From contig MRSU01003251.1 in assembly GCA_008369845.1 (NCBI GenBank), positions 1-64,000 on the forward strand: a stretch of DNA of 64,000 nt, written 5' to 3'. How positions within the stretch are numbered: the stretch's first letter is position 1; every line of letters starts with the position of its first letter. The stretch is from Trichomonas gallinae (lineage: Eukaryota). Made by a program: the position numbers and the translations under genes. Below the pieces are notes generated by a model. The model saw only the letters and a list, made by a program, of their open reading frames with translations. It made no database searches and was not told the DNA's origin. This document shows, piece by piece, positions 63,701-64,000 of this stretch.

Positions 63701-64000
63701 GTTATGCAGATTTATTGGCACAGATATTAAGGTCTCCTCATATATCACCAATCTGCAAAGAGAACCTAGTCGAAAAGTTCCCAATAATCCTGAAAGATCA
63801 GCCACCGGAAACAATTCAGAGAGTCATTGATTATATCCCGGACGAATTGAATTCCGTTTCATTGAATCTGAGAATACACTTAATCCTCGCCAAGCAATTA
63901 TCTCCGACATACAGGATAGATATGCTCGACAAGATCAGATCATCTCTTCCAGAAGATCCAGCGAAGTCTATTGTAGTTTTGTGCAAATCATTGACTTACG
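57763..64000 (+). CDS. Very large alpha-solenoid/HEAT-like protein, 3'-truncated by window (possibly PIKK/TRRAP-like)
   Basis: ATG at 57763 (MESLTKIFTKNDH...) after Inr-like TCATTTT at 57753. The frame was open in every segment I translated, through the last codons (..AKSIVVLCKSLTY), giving 2079 codons of hydrophobic/helical composition. The lack of a stop would explain its absence from the ORF track. Confidence 0.85.
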   Translation, partial: MESLTKIFTKNDHTMIKQLSQSLKSKHIEFMFKNIKEVEEIIQNYLNLLLKKPGNLKDKDWELACYLSFVFVIIFEVDPAKIPNISLFQQSGRLFSASLNLKVKQTLLNEGSPHIMSYLEEYYKQAKSGFNITTFYSTTPCFYLLPVSNYISMDMGTDKSTHRIEEFFKIISQISRTKNSIHYSNLLFIAETISNILKSKIPLPVEYIQVFNAIFQEMIKCPSTGLVLFFSNWLNFIKQINNQYQMQNNQRLLYTNTIFPQSELVSQLFSLASRYKYNEMITSFSWNYIYYYADLVFSEDQFPQQLRIINMISSIQKRVSRTEIFPYINDSITRFSGTLTETYKKKGPSCHIFTLITALEQSIESLVAELNELQPIYLQSPNKPNPDEKVYFIDQICSSNNYTQYDKELYTIVHYKVFNSAELADAYHKKQLAKVDEIKSKLNSIAFYYFQLKPKLINLYIAESKLDSNSQQGYLFNYIISFIFTWVKFMILACYKLMCLSLYKPSSNENFLPSRPERHHQYDLTNTFQKIILSFQELPSSSYKMIASVIVALIVHFSNDRMITLPFINILDKLSRERNQNDPPDSYTIIAYVVAMMMSLTYEKVHTFNSRSFLKSHLFYLWSLLTFRIGTPKETGASNTFFGSLTLFYFKVIVTAIFSNTKWMTNQSTALKTAQDFIDAEMNLHPELPQRKGRNSRMHSRIISFDDIRDSAKEQAACAFLDYFSQEADAEAIDIFMPAFETALKSNNPQTVIKAAKICHKFIVGDLPNTWVEESNDARKEFFYSYFKSLSVLDSETAKEVIEDATILTPMFLQPQFSPGFILMVKIPDLLFNLSVIMQQLSLHANENDDDYRNIFAFLTNVFDFIYNNISIERQHLQPIVKSAVFLLLQCFAFDSFFQTVNGYVNHLNSLFAPFFARGDFDLYFLCTLSVVGANRSDIAQIATDILVSFLDTVKHYGITEKVVDKTIVTILAYFSPQTHMFSILTGLSLLNRFFPGCIMLDYVRSLLVQLTDMPASETHFFNVLGEFLKNWLSMQTLETHKEFVMMIYDIVCPLSTPVRIVLHQQTEKLNVKIPIHSMAEIDTADDVLYLERISLVIGCGVEFDFVLTPGIIQRITEIICKKSEGITILEHISHSLQLTLSSIHHREFIHEFSQNEVLLSQILNHICNSLTSHYMPVLYLAKKCIQEIKNLYGGELRFSQQIYEYCWSPEKIFTPFGPQPERIGFYRRLTKLLPDKASITIVDIFTNAIVEFENKSNAQKLKYMQNFIQFIKMFTVRELMSIDIIHEKVCHASSNGQSNLQLIIDVFLKLMNNPEIPFYALTKKYVVKLVRNFADEVVQYIMFSHHHLNVSAIYFLLVCIFNDSTGIILKAMERLLMGLDDLNCVNPSISKMIMMLVVSVWSNEQKILLLNSAVRLFNFYLDSCKDERKPGNHRFAILSDITTAVVYLIDLHFDKQLILRVAEAFEQPILMDTSTYHKFIKIVFDTKSPEFKVELFNDVYNMRNNLSNFVVTMMLSHCIMKTQHTKENLEDFLEKLLLISKDEVFRTAVIRSIYHILRQYMPSDDKLKQIILDPLKASITSPNPEQVIYGIRVSTILQKKNKLPTVVFKGFVLTLLTYTKFLEPPYFKFLVKLIKHGLKNIEDDPNDYISAISYYFVDKNLNIHDYINVGNFLVQVPYLLDLLPFSFIGFMTDQLSNRIHDRKQRDDYNDPERKFKQERGKKLYSKQKEDILEANEIINFLHKCMAAVQATQEEFEHYVEVTFPFISMLSQQIMKKDPYESFYMLLANANYKLTKPFSLLGSIIQGPLTSFSFGFICVSVKFVKDEEMEAMNEFVERVLRYLVDEKNHVNGKLFAILCARVFTKNDISQQLYNSAVATLDELINKMKNDKRFIDIVGERAMILINSLLKFNYDEEIERRLMEFFEFIGIIAEIKPFNNVGVMLVRNMLKCIENIFFGEQNKLITLLLDKIVIYQDAIRSYADLLAQILRSPHISPICKENLVEKFPIILKDQPPETIQRVIDYIPDELNSVSLNLRIHLILAKQLSPTYRIDMLDKIRSSLPEDPAKSIVVLCKSLTY

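Overview
AT-rich, gene-dense, apparently intron-free eukaryotic DNA, not prokaryotic. It is most consistent with a trichomonad (Trichomonas-like parabasalid): an IBD/IBP39-type initiator-binding protein, BspA-like LRR pseudogenes, AAAGTGAC (M2) core-promoter motifs beside many start codons, and very short intergenic spacers. About 29 intact CDSs are present, including an M1 aminopeptidase, kinesin-2, a CHD-type remodeller with FYRN/FYRC, a stand-alone Pol theta-like family A polymerase, Sec24, SCAMP, Erv46-like, TVP23-like, a ZNF598/Hel2-like RING ligase, a PPP phosphatase, a CAP-Gly protein, a PX protein, a Kelch protein, a DEDD exonuclease and a bacterial-type nitroreductase. A >2079-codon ORF, absent from the supplied ORF track, runs off the right edge. 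There are also ankyrin and BspA pseudogenes. I found no tRNA, rRNA, CRISPR array or intact transposase. The most unexplained structure is non-coding: a recurrent TGNCRTGTAAA motif clustered in promoters, three 36-44 bp (near-)perfect palindromes next to gene ends, two ~120-bp-period degenerate arrays (one built on a 12-bp palindrome), a triple 30-bp repeat around a hairpin upstream of the nitroreductase, and a structured element ending in poly(A) at the window edge. All protein calls come from visual motif recognition, with no database searches. I cannot demonstrate a new multi-gene system from this sequence alone.
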